Source: Acidobacteriota bacterium (GTDB lineage: Bacteria > Acidobacteriota > Thermoanaerobaculia > Multivoradales > Multivoraceae). Taken from it: a stretch of 64,000 nt of DNA. Each line of letters opens with the position of its first letter. The stretch's first letter is position 1. The notes under the pieces are model-generated. The model ran no database searches and had not been told where the DNA came from. It worked only from the letters and a program-made list of their open reading frames with translations. The DNA is taken from the NCBI GenBank assembly GCA_028875725.1, contig JAPPCR010000019.1:8483-72482 (forward strand), given 5' to 3'. Positions 18,317-30,548 of this stretch are shown here, in pieces. The position numbers and the translations under genes are program-made.

Positions 18317-20338
18317 TCAGCGCCGCCAGGGCGCCCGAATTGACCGCCCGGCCTGGTACGCGGCCAACCGTTCCCGGGCGTCCGGCAGCGCCGCGCCGGC
18401 GCCGGCGCGTTCCAGGTTGTCGATCAGGCGTTGCTGCCAGACGACAGCCTGTTCGAAGTCGCCGGTCTCGGCGTAGGCGAGGGCGACGACGGCGCCGTGG
18501 GCCGGGGTCTGGGCGCGCTGGAACAGATCGGTGGCCAGATTCAGGGCCATCGTTCCGTCCCGCACGGAGTCGTCTTCGGAGGCGGCGAGGACTTCGGCGA
18601 GGAGCAGGGCGAAGAAACCGCTGCCGCCCTGGTCGGGAAGTTCGAGCGTCTGTTCCAGCATCAGGCGAACGCGGGCATCTTCGCCGGCGAGCAGAAGGGC
18701 GGTGACCTCGGCCGCCCGGGCCCTGCTGTCGCTGGGGTCGAGTTCGAGCGCGCGGCGTGCGGCGAGGGCGGCCTCGGTGAACATTCCCAGCCGGCCGAGC
18801 GCCGTGCCGAGGTTGAAGTACCCCTCCTTCAGCGTCGGATTGGCCGCGATCGCGCGCTGGTAGTGGGGGATCGCTTCCTCGTAGCGCTCCTGCTGGGTGC
18901 GAATGTTGGCGAGTTCGAAGTGGGCCTGACTCAACAGGGGCGGGTCGGCTCCGGCTTCGACCAGTTGCTCGAAGCGTCTGGCGGCCGAGGCCGGCCGGCC
19001 GAGTTCCTGCTCGATTCGCCCGAGCAGCAGGACGATCTCGCGATCGAGTCCGAAGTCCGCCAGCAGGGACTCGAACTCGCGGAGGGCGAGCTCCCGGCGA
19101 CCGCCAAGCCGGTAGTTGCCTGCCCGGTGGAAGCGGAGATTGCGATCGTCCGGGGCCAATTCCAGTGCCCGGGTCAGAGCTTCCGCGGCTTCCAGGTATG
19201 CGTCTGTTGCGCCGAGACTCCTTGCCAGCTCCACCCAGGCAGGCCCGAACGAGGGTTCGATCTCGACCGCGCGCCGGAGCCGCTCGGCCGCGGCCTGGTA
19301 GCGCCCCTCGTTGTTGTAGAGCAGCCCGGTCCGGAACAGCAGGCCGACATCGCTCGGGCTCAGGTTCAAGGCCTCCTGGTACCACATGGCGGCTTCCGCC
19401 CGCCGACCCATGGCCTCCAGGGCCGCCGCCAGCGACCTCTTTGCCGCCGCGCTCTCGGGAGAGTCGCGGACCGCCTCGCGGAACCGCTCTTCGGCGGTCT
19501 CGAAGGCGTTCGCGGCCAGCGCGACGCGCCCGAGCAGCAACTGGGCACCGATGCCGGTCGCCGACTCCTTGATCTCCGCGGCGATCGGATCGGCGAAAGC
19601 GACCGGGGCTTCACCCCGGAGCTCCATCGCGGCGCGCATCGCCGCGTCGTCGCCGAGCGCGCGGTGGGAAAGAGCGATGTGGTAGTGAAGCGAGTCGGCG
19701 CGCGGCTGCTCCCGAAGCGCTGTCTGGAAGTGCTGGAGCGCGGTTGTCGGGTCGTCCGTCTCGAAGGCGACGCGGCCGAGGCCGAAGTGAGCCGCAGCCA
19801 CGGATCCGGGCATTGCGAGGGCACGCTGGTAGTGACCGCGAGCCTCTTCGAACCGTCCCAGTTCGAGATGCACCCGGCCGAGGCGGATCGCGGTCGCGGC
19901 GTCGTCGGGACGGAGCGATCTGCCCAACTCGTAGGCCTCGACCGCTTCCTCGAGCTCTCCCAGGTGCTCCGCGGCGCTGCCGAGCAGATAGCGCCAGCGG
20001 AAGTTCCGGGGCTGCAGCGCCGCGGCGTTGGTCAGGCAGGCTCTCGCGGCCGGCAGCAGGTCGTAGACTAGGTAGAGTTGGCCCGCGTCGCCGAACAGAA
20101 GGCCCAGCTGTTCGGCGTCGGCGACCGTCTCCGGCCCGCGCGCGAGCGCCTCCTCGAGCAGGCCGCGCTGCTGGTCGATCTGGTCGCGCACGGCTTCGTC
20201 GACCCCGCGCAGGTCGACCTCGGGCACCGGCAGCAACCTGGGCGCTTCCGCCTCCTGCGCGTGGAGACCGGCGGCTGTGAGAGGCGCCAGGAGCGCAACG
20301 ATGAGGGCAGCGCCATGGAGACGGATTGGTTTCCTCAT
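18317..20338 (-). CDS. Secreted TPR-repeat protein
   Basis: ATG at 20338 (MRKPIRLHGAALIVALLAPLTAAGLHAQ signal peptide), overlapping the stop of the upstream gene (ATGA). Many TPR units follow (e.g. AHFGLGRVAFETDDPTTALQHFQTALREQP). The upstream part of the 1283-aa ORF is an artefact. Confidence 0.85.
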   Translation of the reverse strand: MRKPIRLHGAALIVALLAPLTAAGLHAQEAEAPRLLPVPEVDLRGVDEAVRDQIDQQRGLLEEALARGPETVADAEQLGLLFGDAGQLYLVYDLLPAARACLTNAAALQPRNFRWRYLLGSAAEHLGELEEAVEAYELGRSLRPDDAATAIRLGRVHLELGRFEEARGHYQRALAMPGSVAAAHFGLGRVAFETDDPTTALQHFQTALREQPRADSLHYHIALSHRALGDDAAMRAAMELRGEAPVAFADPIAAEIKESATGIGAQLLLGRVALAANAFETAEERFREAVRDSPESAAAKRSLAAALEAMGRRAEAAMWYQEALNLSPSDVGLLFRTGLLYNNEGRYQAAAERLRRAVEIEPSFGPAWVELARSLGATDAYLEAAEALTRALELAPDDRNLRFHRAGNYRLGGRRELALREFESLLADFGLDREIVLLLGRIEQELGRPASAARRFEQLVEAGADPPLLSQAHFELANIRTQQERYEEAIPHYQRAIAANPTLKEGYFNLGTALGRLGMFTEAALAARRALELDPSDSRARAAEVTALLLAGEDARVRLMLEQTLELPDQGGSGFFALLLAEVLAASEDDSVRDGTMALNLATDLFQRAQTPAHGAVVALAYAETGDFEQAVVWQQRLIDNLERAGAGAALPDARERLAAYQAGRSIRAPWRR

Positions 20339-22109
20339 GGTGCGTCGTCTTCCTGTTCGCCGCGCCGCTCCCCGCTGCCGCGAACCAGAGGAGTGTAGGC
20401 CCTGGGCGGGGGCGCGGGCCACTCTTCGATCGTCCCGTCCGTCCACTGGACTTCGATGCGGTCGATCCTGGAGCCGCCGGATGAAACCGCGACCCGGGGA
20501 TCTCCCCACGAGGCGTAGCTCCCGCCGCCCCCTGCAAGCCGGACGAGCGGTGGCGCCCCCGCGCGGTGCACGCGCACGGTGACGCCCGAAGCCGGCCGGC
20601 GGCCGCGTTCGGCGCCGAGCACCGGCGCCACCCCGATCCAGTCGCCCTCCGTCCCGGTCTGGTTGAGCAGTAGCCGGGCGGGGCCGTTGTTGTTCGTGAT
20701 GACCAGGTCCGTGTCGCCATCGTTGTCCACGTCGCCGGCGGCCAGACCGCGACTGACGAACGGGGTCTCGCCGTCGAGCAACCCGGCGGTCGCCGGCTCG
20801 AAGCGGCGTCCGCCCGCGCCGTCGGCCACGTTCAGGAAGGCCTGGTTCGGTTGATCGAGGGGGAAGGGATCGTCTTTCGTGCGCGGCCTTCCGGCGGCGA
20901 ACGTCACGGCGCCGTTGACCGCTGCGAGGTCGAGCCAGCCATCGTTGTCGAGGTCGACGAAGGCGGTGCCGAAGGCGGTCGCGTCCCAGCTCGGCCGGCC
21001 GAGGTCGGTCGCGTTCGTGCGATCCCGGAACTGCGCCGAGCCCGGTTGCGAGTCGTTCCGGTAGAGCGTGTTCGTCTCGCGGTGGAAGTGGGTCAGGAAC
21101 AGATCGGGATCGCCGTCTCCGTCGTAGTCGCCCGCCGCGACGCCCATGCTCGCCTCGGCCTCGCCGTCCGAGTTGAGAGCAGCGCCGCTGATCAGCCCGT
21201 CCTCGACCAGTTCGCCGTTGCCGCGGTTGAGCCAGAGGTGGTTCGGCATCAGGTCGTTCGCGACATAGAAATCGAGCCTCCGGTCGCCGTCGAGGTCGGC
21301 CGCGAGGATGCCCAGCCCATTGCCGGGCCGCGCCGCGGCCAGACCGGCCGCGCCCGTCGCATCCTCGAAACGTCCGGAGCCGTCGTTCACGAGCAGGGCG
21401 TCGGGCGCCGGCTGATAGGCGCTCGGCAGGCAGTAGTCCACCTCTCCCCGCTCTGTAAGGCAGGTCTTGTGCGTGGCCAGGGAGAAGTTGAGGTAGTTCA
21501 CGACGAACAGGTCGAGATCGAGGTCGCCGTCGTAGTCGGCGGCCGCCGCGGCGACGCTCCAGCGCGGATCGCCCGTTCCGCTTGCTTCGGTCCGGTCGCT
21601 GAACGTCCCGTCGCCCTCGTTGCGCCAGAGCTGGTTGGCGCCCAGGTTCAGCACGTAGAGGTCGACCCAACCGTCGTTGTCGAGATCCGCCGCGACCACT
21701 CCCATGCCGTAGCCGGTGGCCGCGATGCCACTCTCCTCGGTGACGTCGATGAAGCGAACCGCGGCGCCGTCGTCGCTGGGCTCCAGGTCGTTGCGGTACA
21801 GGCGGTCCCGCGGCGGCCAGTCGCCCGTCCACGGCGTGGTCGTCGAGGTCCGGTCTCCTTCGTTGCCGAGGAGGTTGCCCTGGACCAGGTAGAGGTCGAG
21901 GTCGCCGTCGTTGTCGTAGTCGAAGAGCGCCGCGCCGGCGCCGACGACTTCCGGGTAGTAGAGGTGTCCGCTCATGCCGTTCCAGTGCCGGAAGTCGAGA
22001 CCGGCGCTCCTGGTGGCGTCGGTGAAGAGGACCTCGTTCTCTCCTGCCCGGGCCGGGCCGGACAGGACCGCTGACGCTACCGAAACGGCGATGCCGGCGG
22101 CGTGGGCTC

Positions 22110-22113
<4 letters not shown>
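20335..22113 (-). CDS. CRTAC1/ASPIC-UnbV family FG-GAP (VCBS) repeat protein
   Basis: Signal peptide. Repeated FDYDNDGDLDLY / DLDNDGWVDLY / DYDGDGDPDLF Ca-binding FG-GAP loops. The C-terminal GGGSYASWGDPRV... resembles UnbV_ASPIC. Confidence 0.85.
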
Positions 22114-24311
<2,198 letters not shown>

Positions 24312-24367
24312 GGCGGGAGACTACTACGCTCGAGCGATCGTCCTTGTCGCGAGCGGCTCCCGGAGGG

Positions 24368-26245
24368 CTACTCCTTCTGCTCGCCCGGCGGTTCGGGGAC
24401 AGGCGGTGTGTCGCCGTCTCCCGAGCCAGCGCCCGCGTCACCCGCGTCAGGCTCGCTACCCGCGTCACTCGCCGGCGGAGGCGTCGGCGGCACGGTCTGG
24501 GGGGCCGCCTTCGCGCCGAAGCGGGACGTGCCGAAGGCGGTCATGCAGGCGGCGCCGAGGCCGATCGTCCACGCCAGGTAGCAGATGACGAGGCCGGGGA
24601 AACCGAACATGAAGCGGAAGAACCACGGCAGGCCCAGGAAGCCGAGCAGGTCGGCCACGAGGGCCAGGGCCTGGATCGTCAGCACGCCGAGGGCGAGAGC
24701 GCCGAAGCTCCCGGCCGCGATCCCGTTGGCGCCCTTGAAGCGGTTCCGGAACCAGTCGCCGGCTGCGGCCGCCGCTCCGGTGTACCCGAGCACGAGGGCG
24801 AGCGCCAGGGCAACGAGCGCCGCCGGCCAGAGGAGGATGGCGAACGGAATGCCGATCACCGTCACCGCGAGCAGAATGCTGGCGACGATCAGGGCCGGGA
24901 GGATGAGCAGTTCGATGCCGAAGCCGACCACGAGCATGATCAGCGGATCCGAAACCGCGGCGGCCCGGACCCGGTCGACGCCCTTCGGCGACACGAGCAG
25001 AACCAGGCCCGCGAGCACGATGAGCAGTCCAGTGAAGATGATCGCCCGGACGAACTCGAACACCTTGCCCACCCGGAAGAAGGGCGGTCTCTCGCCGACC
25101 CGGGGGAACCAGTCGCCGCTCCAGCCGTCGAACCAGTCGCCGTCCCAGTCCCACTCGAAGTCGCCCCAGTCGACCTCGGAGATCTCTCCGAGGACGGTCG
25201 CGCCTTCTTCGAGGCTCACTCTGCCGCCGACGGTGACGATGTCCCCCAGCACTTCCGCGTCCGGACCGAGCTCCACGTCCCCGCCGATGGCGACCACCTC
25301 GCCGGTCACGCGGCCGTCGATCTTCGCTTCGCCGCCGATGGCCACGGCGTCTCCACGGACTTCCCCGTCGACCTTGATGCCGCCGCCGATCGAGGTGATG
25401 TCGTCGGCCACTTCGTCCCGACCGACCCGCACCGTGCTGCCGAAGGCGACCTTGTTGTCGAGGTCGACGCGCACCACCGGCCCGCTCTCGCCGCCGGCAT
25501 CTTCGGCTTCGGCCAGGTCACGCTCGAGATCCTCGATGCGCTCGATCGCATCCTCGACCGCACCCTGCGCGCTTTCGCCGGCCTCCTCGAGGGCTTCGTC
25601 CAACTGCTCCCGGACCTCTTCGATCGCCGCGGCGGCCTCTTCCCGCGCGTCCTCCCCGGCCGTCTCGGCCTCCTGTTGGGGCTGGCCGAAGGCCAGGCCG
25701 GTGCAGCACAGCCCGAAGGCGACAAGAAGCGCGCCCGCTCTGAATCCTCGACCCCGTGTCCGATGGACGGGCGCCCGCGACAGCCGGTGAAGGAGAGCGA
25801 CCCCCACCAGACAGAGCAGCGTGACTGCTGCGATCGTGATCGTCGCCACCGGCGTGTTCAGGATCAGGTCGAGGACCTCGCCGACCCGGACCGCTCCGTT
25901 CAGCAGGGCCACACTCTCCGCCAGCACGGTCGCCGCCTGGGTCAGCAGCCAGACCGCGGTGAACAGCGAGGCCTGCAGGCTATCGAGCAGACCCAGCCAG
26001 GACGAGGGGGCCAGCCAGGCGGCGCCGGTGAGCAGCAGGACCGCCGCCGCGGCCGAGACGGCCAGCGGCAACCGGGCCCAGTGGGGAATCGCGAAGGGCA
26101 GGATCGGCCGCCGGACCGGCGTCATGGGCGGCCGGCTGGTTGCGGCGACCTGCCGCATGATGCGTTCCGTGAGTCCCGCCGGTGCGACGGGATCTTCCAG
26201 CGACTGGAACAGGGTCCGGAGGTCGATTCGGTTCCGCATGTTCAT
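24368..26245 (-). CDS. Polytopic membrane protein with acidic coiled coil and bactofilin-like beta-helix repeats; putative anti-sigma factor by position
   Basis: Lies downstream of the ECF sigma gene. Repeats GGGIKVDGEVRGDAVAIGGEAKIDGRVTGEVVAIGGDVELGPDAEVLGDIVTVGG. W/D-rich segment DWGDFEWDWDGDWFDGWSGDWF. About 5-6 C-terminal TM helices. No HxxxCxxC motif. Confidence 0.6.
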   Translation of the reverse strand: MNMRNRIDLRTLFQSLEDPVAPAGLTERIMRQVAATSRPPMTPVRRPILPFAIPHWARLPLAVSAAAAVLLLTGAAWLAPSSWLGLLDSLQASLFTAVWLLTQAATVLAESVALLNGAVRVGEVLDLILNTPVATITIAAVTLLCLVGVALLHRLSRAPVHRTRGRGFRAGALLVAFGLCCTGLAFGQPQQEAETAGEDAREEAAAAIEEVREQLDEALEEAGESAQGAVEDAIERIEDLERDLAEAEDAGGESGPVVRVDLDNKVAFGSTVRVGRDEVADDITSIGGGIKVDGEVRGDAVAIGGEAKIDGRVTGEVVAIGGDVELGPDAEVLGDIVTVGGRVSLEEGATVLGEISEVDWGDFEWDWDGDWFDGWSGDWFPRVGERPPFFRVGKVFEFVRAIIFTGLLIVLAGLVLLVSPKGVDRVRAAAVSDPLIMLVVGFGIELLILPALIVASILLAVTVIGIPFAILLWPAALVALALALVLGYTGAAAAAGDWFRNRFKGANGIAAGSFGALALGVLTIQALALVADLLGFLGLPWFFRFMFGFPGLVICYLAWTIGLGAACMTAFGTSRFGAKAAPQTVPPTPPPASDAGSEPDAGDAGAGSGDGDTPPVPEPPGEQKE

Positions 26246-26360
26246 TCCTCGCAGCCTGTGCGATTGTACGACGGCGACTCGGGCACGACGTTCCGCATGC
26301 CCTTCGCCCTACGTTTCCCAGGTCGCCGTGGTTTCACGCTGGTCCCCGATCCGCCGTGTT

Positions 26361-26942
26361 TCACACTACGCCATCCTGGCGCAGGCGTTCCTCGATCTCG
26401 CGGCGCGCCCTGCGCAGGTTCGTCTTCACGGTTCCGAGCGGCATGCCGGTCGCTTCCGCGATGTCCCGGTAGGGGAGTTCCTCCCGGAACCGGAGCAGAA
26501 CGACGAGTCGATACTCGGGTCGCAGAGCCGCCACCGCCGCTTCGAGAGCGGCCGACAATTCGCGCCGCTTGACCAGGGTGTCGGGGGACTCCGAGCGCTC
26601 GTCCTCGATGCGGTCCAGGATGGACAGCTGGTCCGTGTCGCTGGTTTCGATCGGCGTCGTGGGGAGCTTCTTCCGGCGAAGCTGGTCGATCGCGGCGTTG
26701 CTCGCGATCTTGAACAGCCAGCTTGCGAAACGTCGCCTGGGGTCGTAGCGGGAGAGCGCCATCCAGGCCTTGACGAAGACCTCCTGGGTGACGTCCTCGG
26801 CGACACCGTGGTCCCGAACCATCCGCAGGACCAAACTGAAGACGGGCCGCTGGTAGCGCTCGACCAGTGTCCGGAAGGCGAGTTCCGAACCCTCGATCGC
26901 CTCCGCCACCAGGGCGGCTTCATCCTGCGGTCCGTGGGGCAT
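26361..26942 (-). CDS. ECF-type RNA polymerase sigma-70 family factor
   Basis: Region 2 (FRTLVERYQRPVFSLVLRMVRDHGVAEDVTQEVFVKAW...FASWLFKIASNAAID). Region 4 (YRLVVLLRFREELPYRDIAEATGMPLGTVKTNLRRARR). Confidence 0.9.
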   Translation of the reverse strand: MPHGPQDEAALVAEAIEGSELAFRTLVERYQRPVFSLVLRMVRDHGVAEDVTQEVFVKAWMALSRYDPRRRFASWLFKIASNAAIDQLRRKKLPTTPIETSDTDQLSILDRIEDERSESPDTLVKRRELSAALEAAVAALRPEYRLVVLLRFREELPYRDIAEATGMPLGTVKTNLRRARREIEERLRQDGVV

Positions 26943-26988
26943 CGGTTCAGTGTGGCATGCGGTGGGGCTGCCCCGTATCATTGCCGTC

Positions 26989-27987
26989 GTGCGCCTTGAC
27001 CCGGACTCCAGGAACTACGCGGAACTGGCGGACGCGGTTTGCGCGGTCCGCATCGCGAGCCGGGTCACCCGGCGCCTGCAGGCAGAGATTGGGGGCGCCT
27101 TCCTGACCAAGGACGATCGCTCGCCGGTGACGGTCGCGGACTACGCGGCCCAGGCACTGGTCAGTCTTGCGCTGCCGGCGGAGGACGCCATCGTTGGTGA
27201 GGAGACATCGCCGGACCTCGTGACCCCCGAGGGGCGGGAAGTGATGACCAGGGTCGTGGACGCAGTCGGATCCGAACTTCCCGGCGTCACCGCGAAGCAG
27301 GTTGGCGAAGCGATCGATCGCTGTTCGAGCGCCGGCGGCGCGAGCGGCAGGTTCTGGGTGCTCGATCCGATCGATGGTACGAAGGGCTTCCTGCGCGGTG
27401 ACCAGTACGCGATCGCGCTCGGCCTGATGGAGGACGGCGAGGTCGTGGGGGGAGTGCTCGGCTGTCCGAACCTACCCTCCGCGGACGGTCGCGGCTGCCT
27501 GTTCGCCGCCACCCGTGGACGGGGCGCCTGGGAGTTGCCGCTGGATGAGGAGGGGTACGCGCCCCGCCGGATCGGCGTTTCCCCGATTACCGACTCGACG
27601 GCCGCCGTGTTCTGTGAATCGGCGGTGTCTATGCACTCGGACCGGGGCGGGCATGCCGGGATAGCCGAGCGGCTCGGCGTCACGGCGGCTCCCGTGCGCA
27701 TGGACAGCCAGTGCAAGTACGGAGCGATTGCGCGAGGCGACGCTTCGATCTACCTCCGCCTGCCCTCTTCCGCCACCTACCGCGAGAAGATCTGGGATCA
27801 CGCCGCGGGATTCATCGTTGTGACGGAAGCCGGCGGCGCCGTTACGGACGCCTTCGGACGGGAGCTCGACTTCAGCCTGGGGCGGACTCTCGAAACGAAT
27901 CGAGGGGTCGTGGCGACCAACGGTCTGCTGCACCGCGAGGTCCTGGCGGCGGCGTCGGCCGTCCTGCCGGAAGCTCCGGCGGCCTAG
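26989..27987 (+). CDS. cysQ: 3'(2'),5'-bisphosphate nucleotidase, HAL2/SAL1-type (inositol monophosphatase superfamily)
   Basis: KDDRSPVTVADY and WVLDPIDGTKGFLRGDQYAIALGLMEDGEVVGGVLGCPNL are HAL2-type signatures. Start uncertain (GTG 26989 or 26950). Confidence 0.8.
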   Translation: MRLDPDSRNYAELADAVCAVRIASRVTRRLQAEIGGAFLTKDDRSPVTVADYAAQALVSLALPAEDAIVGEETSPDLVTPEGREVMTRVVDAVGSELPGVTAKQVGEAIDRCSSAGGASGRFWVLDPIDGTKGFLRGDQYAIALGLMEDGEVVGGVLGCPNLPSADGRGCLFAATRGRGAWELPLDEEGYAPRRIGVSPITDSTAAVFCESAVSMHSDRGGHAGIAERLGVTAAPVRMDSQCKYGAIARGDASIYLRLPSSATYREKIWDHAAGFIVVTEAGGAVTDAFGRELDFSLGRTLETNRGVVATNGLLHREVLAAASAVLPEAPAA

Positions 27988-27993
27988 CAACCC

Positions 27994-29100
27994 ATGGAGA
28001 CGCTCCTCGTTACCGGCGCCGCCGGTTTCATCGGCAGCAACCTCGCGGCTGCCGCGCTCGCCGACGCTCGCGGTGCGAACCGCCAGGTGGTCGTGTTCGA
28101 CAAGCTGACCTACGCGGGCAGCCTGCGCAACCTGGAGCGGGTGGCCGACGACCCCCGCTACACCTTCGTGCGTGGGGACATCGCGGACCGTGAAGCGGTG
28201 CGAAGGGTGTTCGCCGAGCACCGGCCGTCGGCAGTCCTGAACCTGGCGGCCGAAAGCCACGTGGACCGGTCGATCGACGGCCCCGGAGCCTTCGTGCGGA
28301 CGAACGTTCTCGGCACCTACGAGCTCCTCGAGGCGGCCCGGCTCGATCTCGGCGGGCGGCCGGAACGGGAGCGGACGGGGTTCCGGTTCATCCACGTCTC
28401 GACCGACGAGGTGTTCGGAAGCCTCGGCGAGGCAGGGCGGTTCCGCGAGGACACGCCCTACGATCCGAGCTCGCCGTACTCGGCGTCCAAGGCGGGGGCG
28501 GATCATCTCGTGCGCTCCTGGTGCCGTACCTACGGCCTGCCGGCGATCGTGACGAACTGCTCGAACAACTACGGTCCCTACCAGTTTCCCGAGAAACTGA
28601 TCCCGGTGATGATCCTGAACGCAGCATCCGGACTGCCGCTTCCGGTGTACGGCGAGGGTGCGAACGTCCGGGACTGGCTTCACGTGGACGACCACTGCGA
28701 GGGGCTGCTCCGTGTGCTCCGGCTGGGCGAGCCGGGCCAGAGCTACAACTTCGGCGGCGATGCGGAACGAACGAACCTCGAGGTCGTCGAGGCCGTCTGC
28801 TCGGCGCTCGAGGCGGAGTTCCCGGCCTCGGAGAATCCTTCACTGGCGGCGAGGGGGGCAGGGAGCTACCGGGACCTCGTGACCTTCGTCGAAGACCGGC
28901 CGGGCCATGATCTGCGCTATGCGGTCGACGCCGCCAAGGCGCGGAGAGATCTGAATTGGGCGCCGCGGCGCGACTTCGAAACGGGTCTCCGCGAGACGGT
29001 CCGCTGGTACCTCGATCACCCGGACTGGTGCGAGGCGGTCGCTTCCGGCAGCGAACGGCGCCGGCTGGGACTGCAGCAGCGGTTGACGGCGGCAACATGA
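27994..29100 (+). CDS. rfbB: dTDP-glucose 4,6-dehydratase
   Basis: [10 protein letters not shown] Rossmann motif, [20 protein letters not shown] (YxxxK), [17 protein letters not shown]. Confidence 0.9.
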   Translation: METLLVTGAAGFIGSNLAAAALADARGANRQVVVFDKLTYAGSLRNLERVADDPRYTFVRGDIADREAVRRVFAEHRPSAVLNLAAESHVDRSIDGPGAFVRTNVLGTYELLEAARLDLGGRPERERTGFRFIHVSTDEVFGSLGEAGRFREDTPYDPSSPYSASKAGADHLVRSWCRTYGLPAIVTNCSNNYGPYQFPEKLIPVMILNAASGLPLPVYGEGANVRDWLHVDDHCEGLLRVLRLGEPGQSYNFGGDAERTNLEVVEAVCSALEAEFPASENPSLAARGAGSYRDLVTFVEDRPGHDLRYAVDAAKARRDLNWAPRRDFETGLRETVRWYLDHPDWCEAVASGSERRRLGLQQRLTAAT

Positions 29101-29984
29101 GTCCGCTTCGGGGCATCCTGCTGGCGGGCGGGGCCGGCACCCGGCTTCACCCGGTGACGCGGGCGGTCAGCAAGCAGTTGCTGCCGGTCTACGACCAGCC
29201 GATGATCCACTACCCGCTCTCCAGCCTGATGGTCGCGGGTGTGCGGGAGGTCCTGATCATCACCACGCCGCACGACCAGCCCGCGTTCCGGCGCCTGCTC
29301 GGCGACGGCCGGGATCTGGGAATCGAGCTCTCCTACGCCGTCCAGGAGGCCCCCGAGGGGATCGCCCAGGCGTTCCTGATCGGGGCCGAGCATCTGAGGG
29401 GCGCCCGGGCGGCGCTGGCCCTGGGCGACAACATCTTCCACGGCCACGGACTGGCGGACGTCTTGCAGCGGGCGGCGGCGCGGCACATGTCCTCGCCCGG
29501 CGCCACGATCTTCGGCTACCGGGTCCGGGATCCGGAGCGCTACGGCGTCGTCGAGTTCGATGCGGGGCGGCGCGTGATCGGCCTGGAGGAGAAGCCGGCG
29601 GCGCCGAAGTCGCCGTACGCGGTGCCGGGCCTCTACTTCTACGACGACCGCGTCGTCGAGTTGGCGCGGACGCTCCGTCCCTCGGTGCGGGGCGAACTGG
29701 AGATCACCGACCTGAACCGGCTCTACCTGGACGAAGGGACGCTCCGGGTCGAACTGCTCGGCCGCGGCATCGCCTGGCTCGACACGGGGACCCACGAGGC
29801 CCTGCTGCAGGCGGGCAACTTCATTCAGGCGCTCGAGGAGCGGCAGGGACTGAAAGTGGCCTGCCTGGAGGAGGTCGCCTACCGCATGGGCTACATCGAA
29901 GCCGACCAGTTGCGGCGGCTGGCGGCGAAGACCAGCGACGGGTACGGCCGCTACCTCAGCCTGGTCCTCGAGGAAGGGCGGTGA
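29097..29984 (+). CDS. rfbA: Glucose-1-phosphate thymidylyltransferase
   Basis: The ATG at 29097 overlaps the rfbB stop. [35 protein letters not shown]-like N-terminus, and YGVVEFD. Confidence 0.9.
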   Translation: MSPLRGILLAGGAGTRLHPVTRAVSKQLLPVYDQPMIHYPLSSLMVAGVREVLIITTPHDQPAFRRLLGDGRDLGIELSYAVQEAPEGIAQAFLIGAEHLRGARAALALGDNIFHGHGLADVLQRAAARHMSSPGATIFGYRVRDPERYGVVEFDAGRRVIGLEEKPAAPKSPYAVPGLYFYDDRVVELARTLRPSVRGELEITDLNRLYLDEGTLRVELLGRGIAWLDTGTHEALLQAGNFIQALEERQGLKVACLEEVAYRMGYIEADQLRRLAAKTSDGYGRYLSLVLEEGR

Positions 29985-30547
29985 GCGCCCTGCCAACGGT
30001 CCGCGCCACGGGGCTGCCCAGCGTGCTGATCGTCGAGCCGGTCGTTCATCGCGACGGCCGCGGTTTCTTTCTGGAGAGCTACAACGCGGCGACGTTCGCG
30101 GAAGGCGGCATCGGCCGGCCCTGGGTCCAGGACAACCACTCCCGGTCGAACCGGCACACTGTGCGGGGGCTGCATCTCCAGTGCCGCCGGCAGCAGACCA
30201 AGCTCGTCCGCGTCACCCGGGGCGAGGTGTTCGACGTCGCCGTCGACGTGCGGCGCGGCTCGCCGTCGTTCCTGGAGTGGACCGGCTGCCTGCTCTCCGA
30301 GGACAACTTCCGCCAGCTCTTCATTCCGCGCGGATTCGCCCACGGCTTCTGCGTGGTCAGCGAAACCGCGGACGTGCAGTACAAGTGCGACGAGTACTAC
30401 GACGGCGACGACGAGCTCGCAATCGCCTGGAACGACCCGCAGGTCGGCATCGACTGGCCGATCGAGGAACCGCTGCTTTCCGACCGGGATCGCGCCGCGG
30501 CGACGATCGCGGGATGTTTCGAGCAGTTGCCGACGTTCTTCTACTGA
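29981..30547 (+). CDS. rfbC: dTDP-4-dehydrorhamnose 3,5-epimerase
   Basis: [50 protein letters not shown]. Confidence 0.9.
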   Translation: MSALPTVRATGLPSVLIVEPVVHRDGRGFFLESYNAATFAEGGIGRPWVQDNHSRSNRHTVRGLHLQCRRQQTKLVRVTRGEVFDVAVDVRRGSPSFLEWTGCLLSEDNFRQLFIPRGFAHGFCVVSETADVQYKCDEYYDGDDELAIAWNDPQVGIDWPIEEPLLSDRDRAAATIAGCFEQLPTFFY

Positions 30548-30548
30548 G

